Below are positions 9,824-22,188 of a DNA stretch of 64,000 bases, piece after piece; within the stretch, counting starts at the first letter, position 1, and each line of letters begins with the position of its first letter. The stretch lies in NCBI GenBank assembly GCA_000004985.1, contig GG738845.1, one strand, 5' to 3'. The DNA comes from Naegleria gruberi. Its lineage: Eukaryota. The translations under genes were made by a program, and so were the position numbers. The notes under the pieces were generated by a model, which saw nothing but the letters and a program-made list of their open reading frames with translations, did no database searches and was not told the DNA's origin.

Positions 9824-12800
9824 ATGAAAGCCATCTCCAATGCCAAAACACGATTCAGTCGGCAAACACAAGATGGCCACAAATCGGATCAATTATTAAT
9901 TAATGATCAAATATTGAAAAATTCAGTATATGAATATGAGCGGAATGTATTATTATTATTCATGTTGCAACAACATTCGGAATTGTTGAATCAGAGTGAT
10001 AGGGAATATATTAAGAATATTAAAAGTGATGATATTGATCATGTTAATGAATTGAGTAATATTACAGATATTCATTACGTTATGAATCATTTAACTAGAA
10101 AACTTTCTATTGATTTGACAAAATTTGATTTGAATAAGAAGAAGGAATTAATTCAAGACACACAAATGATTCATCATCCTCCATCAACAACACAACAAAA
10201 CTTGGGAAAATCTCCAGGTATTAAAAAACCATTACCACTCACACCACAAAATGCTTTCGCAATTAATTCACAACAACAACAATTTGATTCTACTATTAAT
10301 TCATTGGACAATAATCCAGTTAGTATTATCAATACTTCTTCTATTCCTTCACCAACTAAAATTAATACATTTACCGAACCAATACTATCAACACCAACAA
10401 GTATTACAACTTCTGTTAATGAAAGTGGCACATTGTACCCAAGTATTACTACTCCTGTTAATGAAGTTTCCTCTCCAATTGCCGAGAAGAGAATTAAACC
10501 TCTTCCAAAGCCAGCCCTATTAGATACTAAAGAAATCATGTACACAACCATTATGGGAAGTACAAAGGAAAATACTGATCAATTTTGGAAACTTGATAGT
10601 TATAATGAGCTCAAATCGCTCAGTTATGAAATTTTATTATTAAATTCTAATGGTCTGGTAGATTTCAGTGGAAATAGAGAAAATTTGGATGCAATTTTGA
10701 ATACTGTTAGAAAATATTGTGGAGTTTCAAAGAATGAACATTTTGAGATGGTTAAACGAGTTACCAATTCTGCTTCATTTACCAATTCTCTAAATACAAT
10801 AGATAGTGTCGAATATTATCAAACTATTTCAAAAATTAAATTACAACCAAGTACAGATTCCAAAACTTCTCTCCAATTATGGAAACTCATTGGATTAGTT
10901 TTGAAGAATGAAAATTTAGATATCATCAAACAATATTCACAAGTTTTCTATAACAACTTGTTACTATTTTTGAAACAACAAACAAATATTAATTTCAAAC
11001 TGAATAACATTACATTTACCGACATGCAAAAACTGGAAGAATTTTTGAATGAGGAGTTTACAAATTTTGATGACAGCGATTCTATTAATGACATCATTCA
11101 AATTTACACAAAATTGAATTCTGACATTGTAACTCCGCTAATCAAACAAATACCTTCTACAGGTGATTTAATTCCCTACTTGTATCCTTTGAATATCAAG
11201 CTCTACTCTTACTTGTCAGATACTAGAGTGTTGAGCCTTTTAAAGCTGGCCAAGAGTGGTGAAATTGAGATACCATACGATATTGATGATGTTATGAATG
11301 ATGAAATTGATTTGAGCGACATCTTTATTGATCTTATTGAAGATGAAGAAGTAACCAAGAGTTTAAAGTTGCACCGTAAAGTATTGAACATTTCTGAAAC
11401 GATGGACATTATGTGCTATATTGATTCTGTGTTCAGAATGGAACAAAATTGTCAAACAGATACAGATCTACTTTTACTGTGTGATCGTTACCTTTTATGC
11501 CTTTTACAATACTATATCAAACATACCAAATTTTCAAATTATTCAAAAGAGGAACTCTCATTGTACAATAATGTATTTAATAATATGAGACACATTTTGG
11601 GTAATTCACTCATGGATTTCACATCTAGTTATACTATCGATCATGAAGTATTTTCCTCCCATCTCAAACTCTTTAAATATGTCTATTACATTATGCAAAA
11701 GAATGAAAATAATTTGACCAACTTGAGTACAGTATTTGACTATATCACCAAGCTTTCAATGAGAAAGCAATATGAAAGAATCAAATCTAGTAATATGCAT
11801 TCTGCTTCAGAACAAGCAGGAAGTAATAACATAATTGATGACAGTGTTGTATTGGATGAACTGGTCAAGTTTGGTAAAGATATCCTTGAAGAATTATCCT
11901 ACCAACAATCAACCTTCTTTACTTACTTGGGCTCTAAAGATTATTATCCAAATGCCTTTATCGATTCCCTGTACTTGAATTTGTCAAATTATTTGAAGGA
12001 TGTTCAGACAGTATTTTCAAAGTATGTTAAAACAGAAGTTTCTGGAGGAGTTTTTGAAATATTCGAAATATTTGAATCATTTTTGAAAATATTCAATGAA
12101 TACTTGTTCAATGATGAAGAGTTAGAGTTGACTGATTTGGAAAATATAAGAAAAGAATATCCATTCAAAATGTCAAAACTGTTCGAACCAAACATTTCAA
12201 TACTCAGAGTACCAATGAATAATTGGATGAATAACATTCAAAATCAATACTTTAAATATCTGGAAAATTCTGTAAAATTGGAAAAGTTTGAACCTATCAG
12301 TCAGGAGGTTATGTATTCCTCTTCACATGTTGACCTTTTCACATTCGTCAGACAGGGTTTACCAACTCTGTACAAGTTGTGCATGCCGAATGCTATGGAA
12401 TATTTCAGACATTTTAATCAATGCCTGTCTGGACTCATGCAAAGGTATTGTGTCCATATGGTTCATAACTTGCCAAAAGTTGAAGATTTTATTCCAAAAA
12501 AGATACAACCATTTTCTTCAATTACAGTAAACACTTCAGGTAATGGTGTTCTCAAAAAGCTAATGTCATCAGGAGAAACTGCTGACAACACCAATGGATT
12601 TATAACACCAAGATTTGAATCAAATGGTATTAGTTACGAAGAATTGTTTGTGAGATTGGCCAATTTGGTCAACACTAGAAGACAATATATCAAGGTTGTG
12701 AAGGAACTCATTGAAAAATCAGATAATTACCGCTTACTCTTTGTTGGTAAGACGAATACCAATAGTACATCTCTTCCAGCAACGTTACTCCCTATTGATT

Positions 12801-13459
12801 TTTATTCCAACTTGGAAGGTACATCAGAACTTTTGAAAGATTTCATCAAACAACTAACTGAAATAATAGGATGTAGAAATATCTATCACGAACTTTATAA
12901 TAATTTATTTGGAGAACTTTATTTGCCAACTGTTAAGGATATGACTCTTTCCAAAATGATTGAGGACTACTTTGAACCATGCTTGGAGTCTCTAGTAGAA
13001 ATGACAGATGATCCAAACTGTGTAGAGTGGATTATTATGTCCATGTTTAGACATTTAATCAAATCCTTACAGTTTATCATTATTGATGGATACATTTCTC
13101 AAAATGAGTTCCATTTGAATAAGAGGCAATACAGTGCTTCCGATACAAAATATTTCCTTTCTGATTTGAGTTTGATTGAGAAATTCTTTTATAGTGATGG
13201 AGAAGGTATTTCGGATTGGAATTTTATTATTCAGACAACTGGTTTCTTGAAGAATGTGATTGCGAATGTAATGGACAAAGCTTCAGAATATTTAATCAAT
13301 GGATCAAACCAAAATCCAGCTTTTGAAACTCTCTCAGCAAGTATCACACCAAAAACTCCATTTTCTAAAAATGTTGTCTACAAGGTTTTATTTAATAGAA
13401 CTGATCTGCATGCTAAAAAGTTCATTAAGAATCACAAATTCAGGTATGGCTATGAATAA
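9824..13459 (+). CDS. large hypothetical protein (1211 aa) with an N-terminal low-complexity region and a C-terminal globular region
   Basis: Single uninterrupted ORF with uniform coding-like composition. It starts only 28 bp after the stop of the upstream gene. No family recognised. Confidence 0.55.
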   Translation: MKAISNAKTRFSRQTQDGHKSDQLLINDQILKNSVYEYERNVLLLFMLQQHSELLNQSDREYIKNIKSDDIDHVNELSNITDIHYVMNHLTRKLSIDLTKFDLNKKKELIQDTQMIHHPPSTTQQNLGKSPGIKKPLPLTPQNAFAINSQQQQFDSTINSLDNNPVSIINTSSIPSPTKINTFTEPILSTPTSITTSVNESGTLYPSITTPVNEVSSPIAEKRIKPLPKPALLDTKEIMYTTIMGSTKENTDQFWKLDSYNELKSLSYEILLLNSNGLVDFSGNRENLDAILNTVRKYCGVSKNEHFEMVKRVTNSASFTNSLNTIDSVEYYQTISKIKLQPSTDSKTSLQLWKLIGLVLKNENLDIIKQYSQVFYNNLLLFLKQQTNINFKLNNITFTDMQKLEEFLNEEFTNFDDSDSINDIIQIYTKLNSDIVTPLIKQIPSTGDLIPYLYPLNIKLYSYLSDTRVLSLLKLAKSGEIEIPYDIDDVMNDEIDLSDIFIDLIEDEEVTKSLKLHRKVLNISETMDIMCYIDSVFRMEQNCQTDTDLLLLCDRYLLCLLQYYIKHTKFSNYSKEELSLYNNVFNNMRHILGNSLMDFTSSYTIDHEVFSSHLKLFKYVYYIMQKNENNLTNLSTVFDYITKLSMRKQYERIKSSNMHSASEQAGSNNIIDDSVVLDELVKFGKDILEELSYQQSTFFTYLGSKDYYPNAFIDSLYLNLSNYLKDVQTVFSKYVKTEVSGGVFEIFEIFESFLKIFNEYLFNDEELELTDLENIRKEYPFKMSKLFEPNISILRVPMNNWMNNIQNQYFKYLENSVKLEKFEPISQEVMYSSSHVDLFTFVRQGLPTLYKLCMPNAMEYFRHFNQCLSGLMQRYCVHMVHNLPKVEDFIPKKIQPFSSITVNTSGNGVLKKLMSSGETADNTNGFITPRFESNGISYEELFVRLANLVNTRRQYIKVVKELIEKSDNYRLLFVGKTNTNSTSLPATLLPIDFYSNLEGTSELLKDFIKQLTEIIGCRNIYHELYNNLFGELYLPTVKDMTLSKMIEDYFEPCLESLVEMTDDPNCVEWIIMSMFRHLIKSLQFIIIDGYISQNEFHLNKRQYSASDTKYFLSDLSLIEKFFYSDGEGISDWNFIIQTTGFLKNVIANVMDKASEYLINGSNQNPAFETLSASITPKTPFSKNVVYKVLFNRTDLHAKKFIKNHKFRYGYE

Positions 13460-13484
13460 ATTGTTTATTCAATAACATTGGTTA

Positions 13485-14632
13485 CTACTTGCTATCTTTT
13501 ACAGAATATAATTTCAGAATTTCCTTTCGCAACCTCAATTTCTGTCTCTCAGCTCCAATTACAGAGATGGGCACATCGTGTGTATCCATTATGGAGAGCA
13601 CATCTGCTTGAGGAGTTGCTGGTTGATTTTGAGTTGAATTCCTACTATATCCAACATTTACAACATGTTGATAAAATGATTCACAAAATTCTGCAAATGC
13701 TAGTTTCCCATCATTTTCATTAATGTATTTCAATCTCATTTGAACTGCCTTCTCCAATATCGTTTGCATATTTTCAACATTTGGCTTTGAAAACTCTTGT
13801 TGTCCCAAAATGTGAGTTATTGATTTGGTTACAATGTTAGTTGGCACAGGAATGAAGAATGATTTGTGAAATATTGAATCAAAAATCAATTCAAAGAATT
13901 CAAAGTAAAACAGAAATGTTCTAAAACATAGAATAAATGATTGAAATGCTGGTAATTCAATCAGTTTCTTTTCCTCACTTCCTTGCACATCAAATAACAT
14001 TTCCGGTAATTGTTCATATATTTCCTTATTCTTAATTATTGTGCTGTACATTACAATACTATTATACAAACTATGCATTATACTCTCTGGGAAATCCTCA
14101 CATAGCAATAAAATTAATTGGTAATATTCAGAAAAATTCATTTCTAAGTTGTGATGATGGCAAAAATTCTACTTAAATACTACTTACTCTGTTCGTTACT
14201 GATCTTGGAATAGATCTGTTCAAAATAATCTGTAAAACTCAATCTATTTCTTGGTGTTGAATGAATATAGGAATAAGGTTTATGAATGATATGTAATCCA
14301 CTAATCACTTGTTTAAAACTTTAGGTACATTATTAGAATTTAGAAATTTCCATCATTACTATTCAAACCTACTAATTAGCCAGAAATTGTAAGGGATCAT
14401 CATCCCTCGCAAATATCAGTTGAGAAAGTACATCATTCAAATAAAAATTCATTTGAAATCTCTTCAAATAGTCATCACCATCATGATGAAAGAATTGAGG
14501 TTTTGGCTGTGTTGTATTATCCTTTTGCAAGTTTGATGAGGATTTCTTTTTAAATGCCGATGGCGATGTTTTTGTATTCAAATAATCAGAGTTTGATCGT
14601 GTAATTCCGGCACCGCTAGGATGTTGACTCAT
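13485..14632 (-). CDS. hypothetical protein, multi-exon
   Basis: ORFs 14372-14632 (N-terminus, MSQHPSGAG...) and 13485-14141 lie on the same strand. A GTAAGTAG...CAACTTAG intron sits immediately upstream of the 14141 Met on the minus strand. No family recognised. Confidence 0.4.
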
Positions 14633-14769
14633 TTTTTTGTTCTTTGTTCCCGCTTAATTTCCTTATTAATTTTAATATTATAAAAATATTAATAATTATT
14701 TAATCTCGTATTTTGTAAATATTAAAAAAATGAATGAAAACAGAACCTTTCTATCCACCGTGATGAACA

Positions 14770-15936
14770 TTGTATGTACATTACCAACAAGAATTATGGT
14801 TAACACAACCATTTCAGATGTTTCCACGAGTGATTGACAATTTAACAGTAATTAGTGGATTGAAGAATAATTCATCGGATGCCATTCGGAGAGTCATTGG
14901 GAGTGATAGAGAAATGTTTGATAGACTTGATCCTGAAACTTTGCAAATAATTAAACACGATTTGGAAGCACAAAAATCATCAATCTATTCCTCGTCAAGT
15001 AAAGGCAATAATGGACAAGAATTTGATAGGGAAATTATGTCCACTAATGATGATATTAATCAACAACAACAATGGAAGAGAAATTCAGCTCTTGATAATG
15101 AAATTAAAAAACAAGAATCATTCAATCAGAGGATTTCGGAAATTGCCAATAGCAATATAGTCAATTTGGAGGAAAAAGCAAGTGGAAAGAAAGGAAAGGG
15201 ATTATTGGATGAATTTCTAGTAGATCCTAGCGAAGAAAATGTACTTACCACAAGAAGAGCCAAATCTACTCTCAATGTTTCAACATCAAGTGCTGAAAAT
15301 GTTTTTGATCTGTATGCAAGAGCCTTACCAGAATTGAGAGCAGAGCTCAGACAAAAAGGATTAAAGCAAGTGGGATTTATTAAATTCAATAAGGATAGTA
15401 ATAAGGCGGTGGAAAATTTGAGATTGACTTCAAAAGAAAATTTTAAACATGATGCTTTTAATCCTCTTGCTTTGGAAGATCCATCTTTGAGAGTTTTGGC
15501 ACCAAAACAATGGAAAGGAAGTTTACCGTCACCTGCCAAGGATGATATTATTCAATCAGCGATCAATGGTTTAAAAACACATTTCGAGCTCAATAATAAT
15601 TTTCTAGTTCAAGGAGATCCAATATCCTATGACTTTATGGTGTCTCAGGAAAATACAGAATCAAAAGCTTTAGATACACTCACCATTCAGCTTGTAATTA
15701 CCCTAACCCATGCTGATACCTCTAGAACATTGACTCAAACAAAGAAAATTTTCAAATTCAATGAAGATTCACCATTCGAGATTGTAAAACCTTTACAAAC
15801 TTTGAATCTGAATACCAAATATATGGATTTAGGAAGTTATCAGTTATTTGCACAAGTATTTCTATTCCTTCCAAACAGTACTCATTCATCAATTCTGTCC
15901 TCTCATGGTCCTTTTGATATTTTCTTGACAAGATAG
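14770..15936 (+). CDS. hypothetical protein (388 aa), charged/low-complexity N-terminal half
   Basis: Single ORF with coding-like composition; no family recognised. Confidence 0.45.
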   Translation: MYVHYQQELWLTQPFQMFPRVIDNLTVISGLKNNSSDAIRRVIGSDREMFDRLDPETLQIIKHDLEAQKSSIYSSSSKGNNGQEFDREIMSTNDDINQQQQWKRNSALDNEIKKQESFNQRISEIANSNIVNLEEKASGKKGKGLLDEFLVDPSEENVLTTRRAKSTLNVSTSSAENVFDLYARALPELRAELRQKGLKQVGFIKFNKDSNKAVENLRLTSKENFKHDAFNPLALEDPSLRVLAPKQWKGSLPSPAKDDIIQSAINGLKTHFELNNNFLVQGDPISYDFMVSQENTESKALDTLTIQLVITLTHADTSRTLTQTKKIFKFNEDSPFEIVKPLQTLNLNTKYMDLGSYQLFAQVFLFLPNSTHSSILSSHGPFDIFLTR

Positions 15937-15982
15937 GCATTATAGTGGTTTTTCAGCATTGCAATAGTATTATTGTATTATA

Positions 15983-17670
15983 CTATTGCTCTTTTAGAAT
16001 TTGGAAAAGAGTGTAAAGCTTAGAGTTGACTGGATTAGTATCATGTTTTTCAATTCCTTTTTCTATTGGTATGATAGCTCCATACTTGCTATCAATCAAG
16101 TGAGTCATGAGTAGTTTCTTATAATTTTCCTGATTTAACAGGTCAAGGTAGGCATCCATAGCCAGCTTCACCATCTCAAAAATAGTATTAAATTCAGGAT
16201 ATTCTTCTATAATTTCTTTTCTATATTGCTCTATTGACTGTAGCAGCTCCTTTTTAAACATGGAAATATCTAAAAGATAAGAGATGAATTTGAGTAGTTT
16301 TTTCTCTTTTTTCAAATTATAAAGTAGGCTCAGATAAATGTGAGCTCTCTTGTTGTACATCTCAATAAATCTAGAAACATGCTTCATGTGTCTGGCTTTG
16401 GTTTCAAGAAGTAATTTTTGGGCATTCCTAGTTGTGTTTTTCTCGATTAAAGGAATACACTCTGTATAAATAATATGAAAATAAATATTGTAAAACTCTG
16501 TCTTGAATCTGAATTTTTTGATTTGGTCTGTATCAAATTCTTCCTCAGGTTTTTCAATTAATTCCTTAATTTGAGGATCATTTTCTAGAATGTCACTAAT
16601 TATATTTAATATTTTTCTAAAATTCCTACTAATACATACTTGTACATTGATTCTATAGTTTGTAAAAACTCATTTCTCACAAGTTCTTCATCTATTTTTG
16701 AATAGTCAACCGCTAAGTTTACACTCTCTACGTTTGAAAATCGGATTTGGGACAACCTATTTTGTTTTTCGATAGACAATTCCACCTCCTCGTTAGATCC
16801 TGTCCATAGAAATGACCTCAAGTCAATTCTATAGGTTTGTTTTTGTAAATTTCTAGTAAAGGTACACAATTTTTGTAACTTGTTATAAATCTCTGCTCTT
16901 TCCAAGCACAGAGCATCACTTGATTCATTAAATTGCTTTAAAAATTGATTATCCTCCTCTGAGAATCCATTCTTATCCACAATATATTTCAAAGTTTTAT
17001 CCAATAATACTTTCAATAATTGTTTTTGATTTTTTACAATACTATCTTCAGTGTTAATTGTGTAAATATCAGGAAACGTTTGCCATAGAGTTATTAATTC
17101 ATGATCATTTAAAGTAACATAATCATTCAATTCTTTCAAAATTTCCTTCCTAATTGACTTTTTGTAATACTGTTGGGTGATTCTTGTCAATTCATGATCT
17201 ACATCTCTAATTTGTGGTATACCCTTCCTTATCGATTCAATCACTGATTTATTTACCAATAAATCTTCACTTTCCTCTTCCTTCTTCTCAGTGTCGTTAT
17301 TCTTCTCATCTCTATGCTTTAACTCCTCCCTCCATCGATATTTCACATATTCTTCCAACATTAAATCCCACCACTCACCAAAACACATTACTTTCAGAAA
17401 ATCAATATTCTTCTCTTCCAAATCATTGATAATTTCCTTCAAACAATCATGTAATATCCAATTCTTACAAATTTGAATCACCTCCGAAAGTAATAAATTG
17501 TTTTCCACCACCTTATCTTGTTCATTATTAGTCAACAGTATACAAGAATGATTTTTCAAATACAATGCACACCATTCTTCAATTTGATATTTTGATTCAC
17601 GATCATGAATGAATTTTACTTTCCAATATCGTTCCCAGTAGAAATTTAATAAATTCAAATCTTCAGCCAT
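15983..17670 (-). CDS. hypothetical protein, at least 2 exons (about 500 aa)
   Basis: ORF 16606-17670 ends ...VGILEKY. A GTATTAG...TTCTAG intron (about 16569-16622, minus strand) joins it in frame to an open stretch that runs into ORF 15983-16387 (...KARHMKHVSRFIEMYNK). I checked this by hand translation. Confidence 0.5.
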
Positions 17671-17778
17671 GATGATAATAATCCAGTTGTTAAACGTTGC
17701 TTCATAATTTTTTTCTTTTCAAAATAATATTTAATTAATATTTTAATAATTTACAAATAATATTTACTAATTAATAAT

Positions 17779-18435
17779 TTACAACATTGAATAATCCCCA
17801 TGAACTCTACTAGCACCTCTCGTGGATTGTCTAAATTTTGCAGGTAAGAATAAACAATTGACAACAGCACAAAACAATAAAAACATCACAGCCAACATGA
17901 TTGTTCTCACAATTGCAAATCCAACATCTCCCTTCCTGGCAATAACTACAATAGAGAGTGTCATGCTTCCAATCGATAATATCATGGCCATCACAAACAA
18001 GATGGTATAAATCAGAATTGAAAACAAGTGGAGCTTCCATCTCCCTTTAGAGGCAGCCGCAACACTAACCAATAGAAAGAGAGACATGACGACCATGGTA
18101 GCATAGAAAACCATATCCGTAATGCTGTATGCCAAGTAGAGTTGCTCATCGAGAGTATTGAGGAGGATGGTTGTTCGAGCAAAGAAAATTATATACTGAA
18201 TGATGTTCAAGGCTCCCATAAAGAGGAAGAACAGGGCTAAGAGAATGGATAGAATGCTATTTTCCATCATGTTGGAGATGCTTGATGGAGTTGTTGATGT
18301 TGTAGGATTGGATGAAGGCATATTGTAGTGATTGGAGTGATGAGAGGTTGAATCATCATTCGGAACTGTTTTAATGTATTGATCATCATCGTCATCGTTA
18401 TGATCTCTCAAGAGGGATTGTTGTTGTTGAGACAT
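17779..18435 (-). CDS. hypothetical 4-TM membrane protein with acidic/Ser-Thr-rich N-terminus
   Basis: 218-aa ORF with four hydrophobic helices after an N-terminal DDDDDQ and STTPSS tract. Confidence 0.5.
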   Translation of the reverse strand: MSQQQQSLLRDHNDDDDDQYIKTVPNDDSTSHHSNHYNMPSSNPTTSTTPSSISNMMENSILSILLALFFLFMGALNIIQYIIFFARTTILLNTLDEQLYLAYSITDMVFYATMVVMSLFLLVSVAAASKGRWKLHLFSILIYTILFVMAMILSIGSMTLSIVVIARKGDVGFAIVRTIMLAVMFLLFCAVVNCLFLPAKFRQSTRGASRVHGDYSML

Positions 18436-18738
18436 TTTTATAATTATTGTTGATGATGATTATTGACGTCAATAATATCGTAACATTATAACGAGAAGAA
18501 CAATTATGTATCTTGCTGTTGAAGGATATCAGTTTGCAAACCAAAATCAGCCAATGTCATTGTTGAATTTTAGAAAATAATTATGCCCTAATTAAAGATC
18601 AAAAGAGAGAAAATTCGACAACTTTATACATCTGTTTGCTAGCATGTTGGAAGCATTCCCGATCTACTCGATAGTATTATACAAGTATTATATTAAATAG
18701 TTGATAAACATATAACTTGTTAAAAATCAACACTTTTA

Positions 18739-21700
18739 TTGAATACTCTCATTTTTTCATTTGTGAATGCAAATTTTAATGAAAGTAAAAAAATGAACAA
18801 CAATTCAAAGAATTCATCTCACTTGTTGGAACCATTCAAAGTCATTGGTCTGGTTACGAATCATGTTGTACCAGCTATTAGCTTTCAGTCATCAAACGGT
18901 TCTGCTATTGATTCGGATTTAATAGATGATGCTTTAATTTATTCTGCTATTGGAAATACATTTTATGCATACGGGGTATGTTTTTAGTAATAATAACAAT
19001 ATTGAACAATAGCATTTAACAAATTGTAATATCTTTGATTTTCGGAATTTAATGATGAATTTTTAATGATGAAATTTAATAGGTAAAATCACTTATTCAT
19101 ATTGATATTGGTCCACAATTACCAGCACCAATTTGTAATATGCTCGTTGAAAGACAATCTACACTAACAACACATAGTACCTCTCATCCAACTCAACGTG
19201 ATATTCTCTTTGTTGCTTGTGAAGAACACTCAAAGATTTATGTTTTACGTGGTGCTAGGGAATTGATAACCATTATTGATACATCAAAGGATATGACAAT
19301 TAAGAGTGGTAAAATAATACAATTACTTAAAATTGGACAATATTTATTAGTATGCTTTGAACATGCTATTGCAATTTATGATACATTCCAAATTGAAGAT
19401 CCTTTTGTTACTTTATGTGAATTGCCAAAGGATAGTACATTGACTTGTGCTATTCACTTGCAAACATATTTGGATAAATTAATAATAGGAACAAAAGAAG
19501 GTCATTTCATTTTGTACAATTTTAGAGTTGGAAAGGAAATTTATCGTTTTTCGAAACATTTAAATACCTTTTTGAAGGAAAAAAAGAAGATTAATGAGGA
19601 AGAAGATTTATTACACTCATTGTTAAATACACAAAATACTGATTCAAAGGATGATACTGTAAATGTTAGTGTTACATGCATCAAGGCATCTCCTGCTTTG
19701 GATGTTATTGCTGTAGGATTGTCATCAGGTCACACAATGTTGTATCATGTTAAATATGATCACATCATTAATGTTTTTAAACAAACTGGACCTGTTAGTG
19801 CCATTTCATTCAGAACAACCTCTCCAACAGTCAGAGAAGAACAACTCTTCAGTCAAACAGTCAATTCTGAAGATTCACTGGCAACAGGTAATCACACTGG
19901 TGAAATTTCAATCTTTGATTTGAATAATAATCAACTCATTCACAGAATTAAGAAGAATGACAGACATACAGGTCCAATCACTTGTTGTGAATTCTTACCA
20001 GGAGAACCATTCATGATCACTGCTTCCGCTGACAATGTAATGTGTACAGTTGTTTTTGATCGTGTTGACAAACCTCGTGAAGTTGTCTGTAGAATGGGAC
20101 ACAAAAAGGCACCAAAGATTATCAGATTCTACGATCCAATGGGTAATTACATTGTTACTGGTGGTGTTGATGGTCAAATCAGAGTAACTTCCCTTATTGA
20201 TCCAAAAGAAACAAGACAAATTTCACAAGCTGAAAATTCTCACTTGTGGAAACAAGCCAATAAGAACCAATCTCAAATCGATATTATGCCTGCAGTAACA
20301 GATATGGATATTTGTTATTTGAGACAAGACGACTGGAACAATCTTGCTTGTTGTCATTCCAACTTGAACCGTGTGACGTTGTGGAACATTAAATATCTCA
20401 GATCTGATAACCAAACTCTCTACAAGCCTGAACTCAAATTTGGTATTCCTCAATCAGTGGCACTCTCTATTTGTGGTAATTTTTCAGTAGTTGGTACAAA
20501 CAAGGGATATTTGGAAAAGTGGATTGTCCAATCTAAGAATATGAAACACTTGTATACAACAAATGATATCAAGAAGGAGTCTGAAGTTGAAATTAGAAAG
20601 GTTTATGATTTCAAGGGAAGACAAAAGAAGTTGAAAAATTATGTTACCAAGTTGGAAAATGTTGCTCACAACTCTTCCATCAACTCTGTTATCATTGATA
20701 ATACTAACACTAAGGTATGCAGTGGTGGACATGATGGACTTCTCAAGATTTGGAGATTTGATGCCGAAAAGGTTGAAAATGTCAAGGACCAATTAATTGC
20801 TAGTTTTGATTTGAAATCACCAATTTTAAAGATGGTCAAGAGTAAGAACTCTGCCTCTGCAAATTTTGTATCTGTTGCAACTGAAAACTTTAAGATCCAT
20901 GTGTTCGATTTAAATACTTGCAAATTAATTCGTACATTCCACGGTCATCATGTCAATAAGGTTAATGACATGTGCTTTACTCATGATAATCGTTATTTGG
21001 TTTCATGTGGTATTGATGGTTACATACTCATTTACGATATTTTAACAGGTCAATTAATTGATTGGTTGCTTCTTCCAAAACCAGCAACCAGTTTAGATTT
21101 CCATCCTGAAGGCTTATACTTGGTAACAACACACGTCGGATCAGTAGGTGTTTGTATCTGGGCTAATAAGGCAATTTTCGGTAATGCCTTGTTACAATCT
21201 GTTAATGCTCCAAAACCTATTGCTTTGCCATTCAGTGGTGATAGTATGTTTGTTACTGAGCGATCAACAGTTGATGTCAAACTTCTTGAAAATTCCACTG
21301 AAAATTCAAAGAAGAAGAGAAAGAGAGCCATGAAGATTTTGTCCAAAGTCGACGATTGGATGAAACAGGATGGAAGTGATAGTGATGATAGTTTATCTGA
21401 AGATAGTGACGAAGAAGAAGAGGATGTTAACAATGTAAAGAAGGCTAACAATGATCAAACTTCTATTTCAATTCAAGAACCAGCCAACTTTATCAAACTT
21501 TCTGGTTTGCCAAAGTACAAATGGCATTCTCTTACACATTTGGACGAATTAAGAAAGAGAAACAAACTTGATGGTAAGAAGGGTACTCTTGATTTGGAAG
21601 AATTAGATGTTTCAGGAGTTGCACCATTCTTCATTCCAACTGAACCAACCTTTGGTAAGAATATTAAATTTGCCGAGAAGTCAACCGAGAGCAAGATTTT

Positions 21701-22148
21701 ACAAAACTCATCTAACAAGATGAATAGAAAGGCCATGTTAACAAATCCACTCATTGCCAACATTAAGAAGGATAAGGATTCTAGCTCAAATAGTTATATC
21801 AATACCTTGAAATATATCAAGGAGTCTAATGTTAAACATGTTGATTTGGCTGTAAGAACACTCTCTGCCTTTAACCAATACGAAGAGTACAAGTTGATAC
21901 TCGACTTTTTCTTGCACTATTTGGAAGTAGAGTATACAGAATTTGATTTGATTCAAGCCATGATTAATTTATTCTTGCAAATACATGCCGAGATCCTTGT
22001 GGATGCCATTAGAGATGACGATCAAATCAGACAATTTGTGGATAGACTTTCATCTGCAAACACCAATTCTTTCAAATCTCTCGATGATATGAACAAGTAT
22101 AACCAATGTATGATTGATTATATGTCATTTGGAGGAGTCTTCATATAA
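18739..22148 (+). CDS. Utp21/WDR36-like WD-repeat protein (U3 small-subunit processome component)
   Basis: Exon 1 (18739 or an internal Met, to 18975; ...LEPFKVIGLVTNHVVPAI...FYAYG). GTATGT...TTTAATAG intron 18976-19082. Exon 2 from 19083 in frame (VKSLIHIDIGPQLPAP...). About 1000 aa with multiple WD-like repeats and an acidic insert (SDSDDSLSEDSDEEEED). The C-terminal region is typical of Utp21. Confidence 0.75.
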
Positions 22149-22188
22149 AAAATTTAAATCATTTTACTGTCATTTGATTTTGAAAATA

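Noticed and set aside
10174-10551. Antisense ORFs inside long genes (for example 10174-10551 -, 15126-15539 -, 20223-20923 -, 21050-21763 -, 44458-45018 -, 37371-37843 -)
   Set aside because: They lie opposite well-supported coding regions and mirror low-complexity codon repeats (poly-N/Q/S regions read as poly-L/V/I on the other strand). They have no start context or conservation signal, so they are treated as spurious.
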